Shown: positions 7,902 to 17,613, numbered from the stretch's first letter. The stretch: 64,000 nt of DNA from a virus (IMGVR_UViG_2935054407_000001:32001-96000); one strand, 5' to 3'. Numbers and translations: made by a program. Notes: a model not told the origin generated them from the sequence alone.

Positions 7902-8378
7902 GTGTCCGACAACGAGCACGGCGAGCTGGAAGCCTGGAGCAAGTACTACATTCTGGGCGACGACGAAGAGGCCGTTCTCCACTGGAGCACGAACGACGAC
8001 GGCGACACCGGCTACCCCGGCACCTTCGCGAGCGACAGTCGCTCCTTCCACAGGCGTGAGGACGCGACCGCGCTCCAGCAGGCCGTGAGACACGCGGGCG
8101 GTGGCTCCCGTCAGGGGATCGGCCACAACGTGCACGTCTACATCAACGGCGAGGAGTACAAGGGCGGCAAGGACTGCCAGCCGGAGCCCTCTGCTCCTGC
8201 CCCGCTTTCGGCTGAGTTCGTGATGGCTATGGCTGGTGCCCTGGTCGCGGGGAAGACCGGCGACGGCACGGCCATGCTGAACGCTCTCCGCGAGATCAGC
8301 CCGGAGGACCGGGAGCACCTGCTGTGGATGTGCGAGCAGGTCATAGCCGGAATCGAGCAGTTGAGAGAGGACGACTAG
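7902..8378 (+). CDS. hypothetical protein
   Basis: GTG after ACACACAAGGAG, preceded by a GC hairpin at about 7838-7870. Confidence 0.7.
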   Translation: MSDNEHGELEAWSKYYILGDDEEAVLHWSTNDDGDTGYPGTFASDSRSFHRREDATALQQAVRHAGGGSRQGIGHNVHVYINGEEYKGGKDCQPEPSAPAPLSAEFVMAMAGALVAGKTGDGTAMLNALREISPEDREHLLWMCEQVIAGIEQLREDD

Positions 8379-8572
8379 TGAGCAGCGAGATGCGCGTCAG
8401 GATCGTAGAGACGACGGTTCCCTGTCCCGAGTGCGGTAAGCCCGTCTGCAACCTGTGCGCGTTCAACCAGATGTGCCAGCACTGCAAGAACCCGCTCGAT
8501 GGCGAGACCCTACAGCGGGCGGAAGACGAGCTGGAAGCGATGTTCAGGAACGAGGCGCAGAGTGAGCAGTGA
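8378..8572 (+). CDS. small zinc-ribbon protein
   Basis: CPEC, CNLC, CQHC. Confidence 0.65.
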   Translation: MSSEMRVRIVETTVPCPECGKPVCNLCAFNQMCQHCKNPLDGETLQRAEDELEAMFRNEAQSEQ

Positions 8573-8939
8573 CAAGCCTTTGGTGGAGGTCGAAGTCGCC
8601 GACCCCATGGCGGGCGACACTGAGCCGTCCATCCGCTACACCACCCGAAATCGCGTAGCTCCAGGCATGTCGCAGGGTGGGCACGTCAGCGCGGAGACGG
8701 CGCGCGCTCTGATCACGGCACTTCGGTACGGGCTCCAGATGATCGAAGAGCGGAAGCCCAAGAAGCCGAAGGACGACGTACCGCGCTGTGAGGATGACGG
8801 CTGGGTGCTGGAGGCCAGCGAGGACGCTACCGGCAAGATCCTCTCGTGCCCGCGATTGAGATGCGGGTTCGTCTGGGAGGTGCCGGGACAGGCAACGGAA
8901 GAGCAGTGGAACAAGGCATGGGAAGCGGGGCGCGTCTAG
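8562..8939 (+). CDS. hypothetical protein
   Basis: Overlapping operon gene. Confidence 0.65.
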   Translation: MSSDKPLVEVEVADPMAGDTEPSIRYTTRNRVAPGMSQGGHVSAETARALITALRYGLQMIEERKPKKPKDDVPRCEDDGWVLEASEDATGKILSCPRLRCGFVWEVPGQATEEQWNKAWEAGRV

Positions 8940-9223
8940 TGAAGAAGATCCACCGTAGGCACATCACGGAGGCCCTCGGTAACGCCGGTATCGATCACAC
9001 CGCCGAAATTCTCAACTCCCACGAGTCGCCCACCGGCCGGGTTGGATTCGGCATCGAATTCAAGTCCTACGGAGACGCCACCAAGTTCTTCGTCGGCCTG
9101 GGAATGTTCCTTTACGACGACGCAGACGAAGAACTTGCTTACGAACTGGCGGGCGCTGTGGCGCTGGTAAACACAGCCAGGACCACGATCTTCTTCTTCC
9201 CCGGCTGGGAGCTGGAGGACTGA
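8939..9223 (+). CDS. hypothetical protein
   Basis: TAGTG translational coupling. Confidence 0.7.
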   Translation: MKKIHRRHITEALGNAGIDHTAEILNSHESPTGRVGFGIEFKSYGDATKFFVGLGMFLYDDADEELAYELAGAVALVNTARTTIFFFPGWELED

Positions 9224-9621
9224 TGTCTGAGAAGAACGAGGTGACGGCCGAGGAACTAGCTGCGCTCGACGCCGTGTGCAAGGAAACCGGCCTGGTGGAA
9301 GGGTGGGAGTACTTCAACCTGTTCCGCAAGCGCGGCAACCCGGACATTCAGGTGGTCGGTCCGTTCAACTGGCCGCACCGGATCCCGCGTCCGAACGTCA
9401 AGCTCGTACGCCGGAAGAAGGTCACCAGCTACGGGAAGTTCGAAGCAGTCCAATTCGACGTGAACGGTGACGCTATCGAGGACACGCCCTTTCATGCGTT
9501 CGTGCGCTGGATCGCATCTCTGGACGATCCGGAAAACGCGGAAGAGCGGCTCGGCGTAACGCCGTCCGAGATCATCGCCAAGGCCACCGCCATAGTGAAA
9601 GACGCGGAGAACAACGAGTGA
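9223..9621 (+). CDS. hypothetical protein
   Basis: TGATG coupling; SD GGAGG. Confidence 0.75.
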   Translation: MSEKNEVTAEELAALDAVCKETGLVEGWEYFNLFRKRGNPDIQVVGPFNWPHRIPRPNVKLVRRKKVTSYGKFEAVQFDVNGDAIEDTPFHAFVRWIASLDDPENAEERLGVTPSEIIAKATAIVKDAENNE

Positions 9622-9640
9622 GCCGAAGGGTGCTCATCTG

Positions 9641-10243
9641 ATGGACGCCATAGACCGGGAACACGCGATCTACGCGGCGGAGACCACTTCCAACTGCCCC
9701 AAATGCGATACGAGCAAATTCAGCATCGTCCCCAATTCTCCGCGCGCATTCTGCGAGCCCTGCGGCTACACGTGGGTACTCGGGTCGGAGCTGTACTCCT
9801 GTGCCTGTGCGAAGTTCATCGGCAACAACGACCAGGCCATCATGCACATCCGCGAAAACGGCGGCTGTGAGACCTGCCTGGGCACTGGCGAGGCCACCCC
9901 GATGGGCGGGGCGCACGGTCACTGCACATCGTGCGGCGGCTCGGGGCGGGGCTACAACGGCATAGAGGAGACCGTGACACTCACGGTGACGCTCAGGGTT
10001 CACAAGAACCCATCGGCCGAACCTGCTCTCGGTGTCGATGACCAGCCTGCCGAGTTCATCGCAAAGGAGTTCGCGGATCGTGTGCGCCTGGCCTTACAGG
10101 ACGAGATCAAAGAACCCGTTCTCGAACGTGTCCTCGTAGGCACGCTGAGGCAGGGTAGCGGCTCCTTCACCCTGTACGACGGCAGGGTGGCGCGCGTGGA
10201 AGTGACCGCGAACAGGGTCCGAGTGGAGGACGCAGCGCGATGA
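9641..10243 (+). CDS. Cys-rich protein with DnaJ-like CxxCxGxG motifs
   Basis: CPKC, CEPC, CETCLGTG, CTSCGGSG. Confidence 0.65.
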   Translation: MDAIDREHAIYAAETTSNCPKCDTSKFSIVPNSPRAFCEPCGYTWVLGSELYSCACAKFIGNNDQAIMHIRENGGCETCLGTGEATPMGGAHGHCTSCGGSGRGYNGIEETVTLTVTLRVHKNPSAEPALGVDDQPAEFIAKEFADRVRLALQDEIKEPVLERVLVGTLRQGSGSFTLYDGRVARVEVTANRVRVEDAAR

Positions 10244-10263
10244 CGTACTACGACAAGGAGTAA

Positions 10264-10521
10264 GTGATGGGCCACGAGCTGCACGTGACGACGTGCTACA
10301 ACCCCGTTTGCCGGAAGGTCTTCGACTTCGATCCCGAGACGGTCAATTCGGTCTTGGTCGATCCGGAAACCGGTCTTCCACCGGACACGGATCCAGAGAC
10401 GCGCACGCCGACGCGCACGCCGACGCCGGAGGAGCTGGCGCGGTCGGAGCGGATGCCGATCTGCCCTGAATGCGCTAACAAGATGCGTCGGAGAATCGCT
10501 CGTGAGCAGAAGCAGGGCTGA
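10264..10521 (+). CDS. small zinc-binding protein
   Basis: CYNPVC ... CPEC; SD AAGGAG. Confidence 0.7.
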   Translation: MMGHELHVTTCYNPVCRKVFDFDPETVNSVLVDPETGLPPDTDPETRTPTRTPTPEELARSERMPICPECANKMRRRIAREQKQG

Positions 10522-10593
10522 GTGAGCGCCTTTGTCGCCCGAATTCGGGGCGGGCGGCATTGGGGTCTACTCAGGTCATCGAAAGGAGCTGCT

Positions 10594-10752
10594 ATGGGCA
10601 ATCACTATGAGGTGTCCATCGAGGTCGAAGGTAGGCGCATCGACATCGCGCAAGTTCATGACGATCTGGAAGCCAAGCGCATGGGTGCCAACATCGCACA
10701 ATCCTACAAGCCCGAAGTTCGTGAGTGCCGCTGCGACGGCATTCTCTTCTGA
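10594..10752 (+). CDS. hypothetical protein
   Basis: ATG after GAAAGGAG. Confidence 0.6.
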   Translation: MGNHYEVSIEVEGRRIDIAQVHDDLEAKRMGANIAQSYKPEVRECRCDGILF

Positions 10753-10767
10753 TCAGGGAGAACTGAT

Positions 10768-11088
10768 ATGACCGAACAGCCTGAACAGCGCATCATCGAA
10801 TCCGTTAGCCGGAAGGAGGATGTCTCGGAGGAGGACGCTAAGCGCATTCTTGAGGCGATCTATTCGGGTAGTCAGTTGCGATGCGAGACCCTCCGCAAGT
10901 CTGGTTACGCCTTCGGAGACGACGTGAGAAAGGAGGTGTGTGTTACCTCCTTCGTCTGCCCGATTCTTCAGACGCCGCGCGTTGCCGTCGAGTGCTGGAG
11001 CGGGACCAACAAGTGGACCCGCGACTTCGCCAATCAAGAAGCTGCGGATGCCTACGCCGATAACGAGATGGTTCGTCTCGGGATTTAG
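10768..11088 (+). CDS. hypothetical protein
   Basis: SD GGGAG. Confidence 0.7.
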   Translation: MTEQPEQRIIESVSRKEDVSEEDAKRILEAIYSGSQLRCETLRKSGYAFGDDVRKEVCVTSFVCPILQTPRVAVECWSGTNKWTRDFANQEAADAYADNEMVRLGI

Positions 11089-11098
11089 GAGAACTTAT

Positions 11099-11719
11099 AT
11101 GGGCGCTGGAACATCAACGCCGGGCAGGAACGTCGTCGAGATGTACGACAGCGGCATGAGCATCAACGAGTGGGACTGGTGGAAGACGAACTACATCAAG
11201 AACATGGAGCGGATAACGCTCGGCGAGGCGAAGGACGACGAGAAGGAGTTCTGGGAGACGGCTGTCTTCTACATCCGTGAGGATGGCTCGAAGGTTCTTT
11301 CCCCCGCGCTCAGGCTTCGCGCCAGGCCGATTTTGAAGAAGAACTTCGAGCCGGGCGATCGCGTTTACGTATGCTTCGAGGAGCTGGAGAGCGGCCAACC
11401 CTACGTGCATAACGGTGAGGTGCTGTCCTTCGAGTACAACCTGTTCGAGGGTCTCACCCGATATACTCTGACCATCTTTCCCCGCGAATCCACGAATGAC
11501 CCGATTCCGGAGAGCTGGAACGGCACGTTGCTCCTCTCCAGTGACTCTCCGATTCGCAGTAGTCAGCTCACTAGAGGAACGTGGGCGTGGATTGACTCGC
11601 ACACGCTGGACGTGGGAGTGAGCGGGGATGTCTTCGTGACACCGTACGGCGAGGACCCTGGCGTCACCGACGCCATCGCCTCCCGCGTTATCGCGATCAA
11701 AGAGAGGGTGAGCGCATGA
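11099..11719 (+). CDS. hypothetical protein
   Basis: ATG after AGGAG. Confidence 0.7.
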   Translation: MGAGTSTPGRNVVEMYDSGMSINEWDWWKTNYIKNMERITLGEAKDDEKEFWETAVFYIREDGSKVLSPALRLRARPILKKNFEPGDRVYVCFEELESGQPYVHNGEVLSFEYNLFEGLTRYTLTIFPRESTNDPIPESWNGTLLLSSDSPIRSSQLTRGTWAWIDSHTLDVGVSGDVFVTPYGEDPGVTDAIASRVIAIKERVSA

Positions 11720-12087
11720 GCGAGAGTTTGATCCCTGGCCGCGTCGATCTGCCGAGGCAGCACGAGGGCGAGACCATCGACGGCACGGTGTTCGTGATCA
11801 TCGGTCCCAACCTGATCAGCACCATCCGCGAGAGCGACATGCCTGCCTGGCTCGCGCGGCACTGGGAGCACGAAGAGGAGTTCGCCATCTACGCCGTGAA
11901 CACCGTCCTGACTGCCCATGATGTTGGGCCGCTTATCGCGGTGTCGTTCAGCTTCACGGGAGGTCGCCCCGGATACAAGGGCAAGGTGATGCTCGGCCCC
12001 CACTACATGCGGAGGCGAAGCCCGTACCTGGACGAGAACGGCAAGCCAGTCGAGATCGTCTTCGACCCCAAATCCGCTGACGCGTAG
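11716..12087 (+). CDS. hypothetical protein
   Basis: ATGA overlap. Confidence 0.7.
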   Translation: MSESLIPGRVDLPRQHEGETIDGTVFVIIGPNLISTIRESDMPAWLARHWEHEEEFAIYAVNTVLTAHDVGPLIAVSFSFTGGRPGYKGKVMLGPHYMRRRSPYLDENGKPVEIVFDPKSADA

Positions 12088-12110
12088 CTGGAGAGCAGGT
12101 AACGCAAGGC

Positions 12111-12566
12111 ATGCACGTCATCATCACTAACTGGGACGATTTCCCCTTAGATGCTCCCTTTGACAAGGTCCTTCGCGGCGACTTCTCCACCTACGCCTGC
12201 TTCTGCCGCACGGAGCTGAAGTCCAGCATCGAAGCCGTCATTCATGCAGCGGAAAACGATCTTTGCACCGCCTGTCTCGGGCGCGGATCGGTCCGGCTGG
12301 TGCCGTCGCGAGAGCACTTCTGCGGCAAGTGCAACGCTACGGGTACGCGTGACGCTGAGCTGGCCAACGAGCTGGGACAGGGCGAGGTCGAGCGGACCTT
12401 CGACGAGGAACTGCTACGGAAGATCATCGCTGACAACGGCGGTCAGGTGCCGTCACGTACGGAGATCTTCAACCAGGTTCGTCCGCTGCTTCCGGAGGCT
12501 GAGCCTGTGCACATCGCTATGCGGATCGGTGGCCTCCTGCGGAAGATCGCCGAAGACAGAGGCTAG
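12111..12566 (+). CDS. protein with CxxCxGxG zinc motifs
   Basis: CTACLGRG, CGKCNATG; resembles part of 9641-10243. Confidence 0.65.
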   Translation: MHVIITNWDDFPLDAPFDKVLRGDFSTYACFCRTELKSSIEAVIHAAENDLCTACLGRGSVRLVPSREHFCGKCNATGTRDAELANELGQGEVERTFDEELLRKIIADNGGQVPSRTEIFNQVRPLLPEAEPVHIAMRIGGLLRKIAEDRG

Positions 12567-12604
12567 CGATACGATCCTCGGTGCGCAGGACGATCGGGGA
12601 CGGT

Positions 12605-12856
12605 ATGACAGGTCGCAGGGTATACAGGACCGAGACGGGCCAGCCGCCAGCCGACGAGGGCCGGGACATCATCCCTACCCGAGACGAACGCTGGCGGCCT
12701 AGCTCCCTGGACGATCCTGATCCTCCGGGCAAGCTGGACAGTCACATCCGCCTCTCCCCCGCCGTTCTTCAGCACGTCCTTCGGGAGTGTGAGGCCAGGG
12801 GCGTGCGGTTGAGTGATTGCACGTTTGCCGAAGACGGCTCTGTCATCATCCCGTGA
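12605..12856 (+). CDS. hypothetical protein
   Basis: Last + gene; its stop abuts the terminator. Confidence 0.55.
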   Translation: MTGRRVYRTETGQPPADEGRDIIPTRDERWRPSSLDDPDPPGKLDSHIRLSPAVLQHVLRECEARGVRLSDCTFAEDGSVIIP

Positions 12857-12889
12857 AAAAGCCCCGGCTTCGCGCCGGGGCTTTTTTTT
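12856..12889. terminator. bidirectional intrinsic terminator
   Basis: AAAAAGCCCCGGC-TTCGC-GCCGGGGCTTTTTTTT where the two arms converge. Confidence 0.92.
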
Positions 12890-12930
12890 GCTCGAACACG
12901 GTTCCGCTGCATTTGGCTGTAAGCCAGTTA

Positions 12931-14385
12931 CTAGGCTTCCCTGACGATCTCGCCGGAGATCACGCCCATTTGCCGGAGTACGTCGTCGGCGGGCACGGCC
13001 TCGGGGAGCGCCTGGGCCTGCTGCGCGGCCTTCTCTCCGAAGAGCTGGCCGACGAGTCCGGTACCGGCCGCCGCGCGTCCGCTGGCCTTGATGGTCATGG
13101 AGAAGCCCTCGTTCTCGGCGGCCACCTTCTTCTCAATCATCTTGTCGAGCAGCTCCAGCTCACGTGACAGGTTAGGGTCTGCGTAGCCGCCTTCCTGCTG
13201 CTCAGCGGCATACATCGTGGCGACACGCTGGGCCTGGATCTCGATTCCCATCTCCCGGATTCGCTGAAGCTGCTCAACCGTGCGGGCCTCCACGGGTAGC
13301 TTGTAGGCGCATGTGGAGCCGGGATCAAACTCCTGACAGCTCGGGCTCAGGAAGCAGGTGTCACAGAGTCGCTGGCTCTCTCCGGATACGTTGATGAGCC
13401 CGATTTTCCGGGTGGTGAAGTTGCCGTCTTCGCCGACAACGCGCTGTTCCACCTCTTCGATCCCGAATCCGGGGGCGATTTTCGCGGCTTCACGGCGTCG
13501 GGGAGTTGCTAGCCTTTTCCGCGCTTCGGAGGGTGGGTTATCAACTGTTTCGTCGTCATTTTCCGCGAAACTCCAACCACGCGATTCAGTGTCCACAGTA
13601 ACTAGCTTTCTTCCGTTCAAATGGTCGATGTACTGCTGCCAGCTCCACAGCGATAGGCGTAGAAGCTCGTTGGAGTCGCCGGACTCGATCAGCTCGGGAT
13701 CGAAGCCGTTCTTGGTGAAGAGCTGCCGGTGGCGCTTCCTGGCCTGCTCGGCGTATTTCTTGGGGTATCTCTTCAGCGCGTTTCCGGTCCAGACGATCGT
13801 GTCGTTGTACTGGGCTGGGCTGAGCCATGAGGTGCTGGAGACCGAGTCCCACGGCAGCGCCTCCAGGACCTCGGGCTTGGTCATGGCCACGCCGTGCAGC
13901 TTGACGCCGGAGCGTGCGAGGCTGCGCAGTACCGGCATGATGTCCCGGCCGCCCACGCTCGTCTGAGGGACGCCTACACGCCCGTGTGCGTCGGCCAGCT
14001 CGCGCAGGTGCGGAAGCCCGTCTTCGGCGTGCCAGATCGGCAGGTACTTGTCTCCCGCGATTGTGGCGATGTCGGCCGGTGCTTGGGGGACGTCCCACTC
14101 GGTGACCAGGGAGACGCGGTCAAGGTTGGTCTCGACGAAGGACTGATACTTCGCGGCCAAATCCGGGAGATCGTACTTTCCGGGATTGGCTCTGACGCTG
14201 TACCCGCCGGAGTCGAGAAGGATTTCCGTGTCTTCCCCGAATTTCGTGGACAGGAGCCACGGGCGGGAGAATTTGACTCGTCTGGATAGTCCGATGAAGG
14301 AGAGCGAGACGTGGCGCACTCCCTGGCTGTGCAGGAGGATGCGCCACGATGGAATCTCGGCCCCCGCGTAGTAGAGGCGGGTCAT
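12931..14385 (-). CDS. TGT/DpdA-like TIM-barrel protein with a C-terminal Zn-binding/helical extension
   Basis: LLDSGGYS, PIWH, LHGVA, DSVSSTSW; CDTC..C..C near the C-terminus. Confidence 0.7.
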   Translation of the reverse strand: MTRLYYAGAEIPSWRILLHSQGVRHVSLSFIGLSRRVKFSRPWLLSTKFGEDTEILLDSGGYSVRANPGKYDLPDLAAKYQSFVETNLDRVSLVTEWDVPQAPADIATIAGDKYLPIWHAEDGLPHLRELADAHGRVGVPQTSVGGRDIMPVLRSLARSGVKLHGVAMTKPEVLEALPWDSVSSTSWLSPAQYNDTIVWTGNALKRYPKKYAEQARKRHRQLFTKNGFDPELIESGDSNELLRLSLWSWQQYIDHLNGRKLVTVDTESRGWSFAENDDETVDNPPSEARKRLATPRRREAAKIAPGFGIEEVEQRVVGEDGNFTTRKIGLINVSGESQRLCDTCFLSPSCQEFDPGSTCAYKLPVEARTVEQLQRIREMGIEIQAQRVATMYAAEQQEGGYADPNLSRELELLDKMIEKKVAAENEGFSMTIKASGRAAAGTGLVGQLFGEKAAQQAQALPEAVPADDVLRQMGVISGEIVREA

Positions 14386-14400
14386 GGTGAGTGTGCCTGA

Positions 14401-16176
14401 TCAATCCGTGGCGGGCTTGGCGGCTCTGCGGGTGCGCAGCCGACTGGAGCTTTCCGCGCGGGTCTCCACGCGCTGGCCGGGACGCATCTGCGTCTGACGG
14501 TCGCTGAGACTGCGCTTGTCCCAGGAGAAAGAGCCGTGGACGTGCTCACCTGCGCCGATGGGCTCGTGTCCCCCTACCTCGATCTTCTCCCCGACCTTCA
14601 TGGCCGGGTTCACCTTGCCGGTGGCCCGGGGCAGGTTGGGGAGCTGGCGAGCCTGCATGGGGTTGCTGTGGTGGAGCTGGGACACGGGAGTTCCTCCTGT
14701 AGGAGCCGGATTCTTGGTGGGAGTGGTGGGCGTCTTCGGGGCTGACGGCGCGGGCGAGGCGGGTGTCAGGTCAAGGGACTGCTGGCCATTGCTGGCGGGA
14801 GCCTTCGGGGTCCGGGTTCGCTTCGGCTTGGGGGCCGGGATCTGCTGGGCGTTGACCGCAGCCGGTGTCGCGGGCGCGCTGATCGGGTCGGTGCGCTTCG
14901 GTGTGGTGGGCACGGCGTTCGGCGTCGCGTTCCTGGGAACGGTGGGCCTGGGCGTGCTCTGGACGGGATCCCCCAGGCGCGAGCGCTGTCCTGCCTGGCG
15001 CTTGGGAGCTGGAGCGCTGGGAGCGGTAGCGCGGATCTGATGTGCGTTGACGTGGCCGGTGGCGCGAATGTTGGCAGCGCTGGCGTCACCCTCGGCCCGA
15101 ATTCGGGCTGCCTCGGCCGCGTGGGTCGCGATGGCGGGGGCGTTGGAGGCGGCGTCGAGCTGGCCGTGTGCAATCTTCCGCGCGGCGTCGGCTCGGCCCT
15201 GACCGACCGTGCGGGCGGCATCTGCGCTGCCCTGGGCGCGGACGCGCGAGGCTTCGGCCGCATGGCCAGCCACGTTCAGACCGCCACGGGCCTTGATCAT
15301 GGCGGCGTCTACGCCGCCTTGAGCGCGAACGCGTGCGGCGGACGCTTCGTGGCCAGCGGTGGTGATTCCCGTGTGCGCAGCGGCGGCCTTGCCCCGCGCC
15401 CTGATCTGCTCTGCCTCGGCATGTCCTACTGCTCGCGTGCGTGTCGCCTGGGCGTCGTAGTCGGCGGTGGTGAGTCCGACATGGGCTGCGGACGCCTTCC
15501 CGCGCGCCTTGATCTGGTCTGCGTCGGAGATACCGGTGGCACGGATGCGGCTGGCGTCGGCGTCGGCATTCGCGTGCAGGCGGACGTTGTCGGCCTTGAC
15601 CTGACCCTGGAGCTGTGCGCCGTCGGCCGAGCCCTTGCCTCTGCCGTAGGTGGTGGAGTAGCTGACGTTGAAAGCCGTCTGGGCCTTCGCGTTACCGAGT
15701 TTCTGGGCCGCGTCGGCGTTGATGTCACCCATGGCCGCCGCGTGGCTCTGGTTGCTCTGGTGCATCGCGTCCTGGTGGGAGACGCGCTGAGCGTTGGTCT
15801 GGTCCTGGCGGCGCAGTTTGTGGCCATGGGCGAAGTTGTCGCGGCGGGACTGGGTGACCGTGGAGATGTCGGCCTGTGCCTCGTCATCGCGGAAGGCGTT
15901 CCAACGCTCCTGCGAGCGGTACTGCGACTTGGCGGCATCGCTGGCTCGTGCGGCATCCCAGCGGATGCGCTGGATGTGCTGTTCCTTCTCGATGTCCTTT
16001 CCCACCGAGTAGTCGCGCCTGTCGTAGAAGTCCTGCTGGCGGGTGCGGCGGACGGACTCGCGGTACTTCTTCTCCCGTCTTTCCTTGAACGTCTGGAAGC
16101 CGAACTTGTTGGGGCTCTTGGCGGCGTTGGTGCCCGGCGAAGAGACCGTGGAGTAGTTGAAGGGGGATGTGGACAC
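14401..16176 (-). CDS. Ala-rich repeat protein (about 11-residue A-x-A-x-x-I-R-A-x-G repeats, Pro/Thr-rich tail)
   Basis: 591-aa ORF with visible internal repeats. Confidence 0.75.
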   Translation of the reverse strand: MSTSPFNYSTVSSPGTNAAKSPNKFGFQTFKERREKKYRESVRRTRQQDFYDRRDYSVGKDIEKEQHIQRIRWDAARASDAAKSQYRSQERWNAFRDDEAQADISTVTQSRRDNFAHGHKLRRQDQTNAQRVSHQDAMHQSNQSHAAAMGDINADAAQKLGNAKAQTAFNVSYSTTYGRGKGSADGAQLQGQVKADNVRLHANADADASRIRATGISDADQIKARGKASAAHVGLTTADYDAQATRTRAVGHAEAEQIRARGKAAAAHTGITTAGHEASAARVRAQGGVDAAMIKARGGLNVAGHAAEASRVRAQGSADAARTVGQGRADAARKIAHGQLDAASNAPAIATHAAEAARIRAEGDASAANIRATGHVNAHQIRATAPSAPAPKRQAGQRSRLGDPVQSTPRPTVPRNATPNAVPTTPKRTDPISAPATPAAVNAQQIPAPKPKRTRTPKAPASNGQQSLDLTPASPAPSAPKTPTTPTKNPAPTGGTPVSQLHHSNPMQARQLPNLPRATGKVNPAMKVGEKIEVGGHEPIGAGEHVHGSFSWDKRSLSDRQTQMRPGQRVETRAESSSRLRTRRAAKPATD

Positions 16177-16187
16177 TTTCGGCTCTC

Positions 16188-16628
16188 CTAGGCGGCGTTC
16201 GCTTCGAGCTGGCGCGTGCGGTTCACGGTGGTTTCCAGGTCGGCCCAGGCTTTGAGTCCGGGACGGTGCCGCAGGTGGGCATAGCGGGGGTGGCTGTAGA
16301 GCAGGGTGGGCTGGCCTGCGTCGAACAGGGCGGCGCAGATCGTGGGATCGGGGTCAATGACGAGGTCGAGCGGTCCGGCGGCGCGGAGCTGGGCAACCTG
16401 GTAGAGCCGCTCGGTGTGCATCGGGTGGCCGGGGCGCGGTGTGCTGATGGAGACGTGGCCGGTGATGTGTTCCAGGCGCAGCCACTCGATGTCGGCCGGG
16501 TCGTCGGCCAGCAGGTGCACGCGGTAGCCCTCCTTCATGGCGGCATACAGCGTCCGGCCGTGGTCGCTGGGCTGACGGCTGATGGGGTCGCGGAGAATGC
16601 CCCATATGGTCATGGCGCAGGCGATCAC
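16188..16628 (-). CDS. HAD-fold-like protein, motif I degenerate
   Basis: TIWGIL in place of DxDG; LVIDPDP resembles motif IV. Confidence 0.5.
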   Translation of the reverse strand: MIACAMTIWGILRDPISRQPSDHGRTLYAAMKEGYRVHLLADDPADIEWLRLEHITGHVSISTPRPGHPMHTERLYQVAQLRAAGPLDLVIDPDPTICAALFDAGQPTLLYSHPRYAHLRHRPGLKAWADLETTVNRTRQLEANAA

Positions 16629-17575
16629 AGGCGTACTCCTGGGACGGTGCTGAGCTGGGCGCGGAGCAGCTCGTTGTGGATGTCCTCGATCGAGTGGCTG
16701 GGCCGGTCGCGGAGCTGGGAGATGGCGCGTAGCGCGTTGACGACGCCGTTGCGCTTGTGGCTCTGCCAGCGGAAGTTGGCCCAGTCGGAGTAGCCCGCTC
16801 CGTGCTCGGTGAAGGCGGATCTGCGGCCGGTGTGGATGTCCTCGTACAGGGCGGCGGCTTGGGCCTCTGCGAGGTGCATGACGGTCTGGGAGTTCGTCCA
16901 GGCCCCCGAATTCGGGGCGGCCTGCTGGGCGTCCACGGCGGCCTGGTGGAAGCGCTTGACGACCTGGGCAGCCTGCCGGGCTTCGGCCACGATGGCGCTG
17001 TGCCAGTCGGCCGGGAACAGAGAGGCCGGGTCGCTCGGGAGCTTCGGCGGCCGGACGCTCCAGGTGTCGTCAGTCAGGCAGTACGCGGCGTAGGGCCGGA
17101 TGGACCTGATGTCGAGCCCAGTGTTGACGTTGACGTAGAACGTCAACTCGTATGCCTTCTGCCCGAAACGCGTGTGAGCGGTGCGCGGCCACAGATGGTC
17201 GCGGAGCAGTGTGTTGATGTAGGTGGCGGCTTCGCTGTTTCCGAGCCCATCGAAGTTCGGGTTGTGCTTGCGGAAGGTAATCCAGTCCACGCCGAAAAGG
17301 CAGTCGAGGTCACCATTTCCGCGTGAGGCGGCCCACTGATAGGAGACGCCGGATCCGGCTATCCAGACCTTGCTCCATGACTGCGGCCGGTGGAAGTGCT
17401 GAGTCAGAAAGCCGTACAGGGTGTTGAGGACGTGCGTCCTTACCTCGGGCCGGATTCTGTCGCCCTGGAAAAGGTTTGGATCGAGGTCGTTGCGTGGCGT
17501 CGAGAAGTAGCCGGATTCCCCTTGGGTGATTTCGATTCCGGCTGCTTGACGAAGGAACTTGTTCTGGATGGCCAC
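16625..17575 (-). CDS. Pol-beta superfamily nucleotidyltransferase
   Basis: IAGSGVSYQW...GDLDCL (GS-x-DxD signature). Confidence 0.8.
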   Translation of the reverse strand: MAIQNKFLRQAAGIEITQGESGYFSTPRNDLDPNLFQGDRIRPEVRTHVLNTLYGFLTQHFHRPQSWSKVWIAGSGVSYQWAASRGNGDLDCLFGVDWITFRKHNPNFDGLGNSEAATYINTLLRDHLWPRTAHTRFGQKAYELTFYVNVNTGLDIRSIRPYAAYCLTDDTWSVRPPKLPSDPASLFPADWHSAIVAEARQAAQVVKRFHQAAVDAQQAAPNSGAWTNSQTVMHLAEAQAAALYEDIHTGRRSAFTEHGAGYSDWANFRWQSHKRNGVVNALRAISQLRDRPSHSIEDIHNELLRAQLSTVPGVRL

Positions 17576-17613
17576 ATACCCAGATTACCTTTTTGGCCTT
17601 TTAGCTCGTTAGC

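Noticed and set aside
10399-10427. 12-bp tandem duplication encoding TRTPTRTP
   Set aside because: Simple slippage in a linker region
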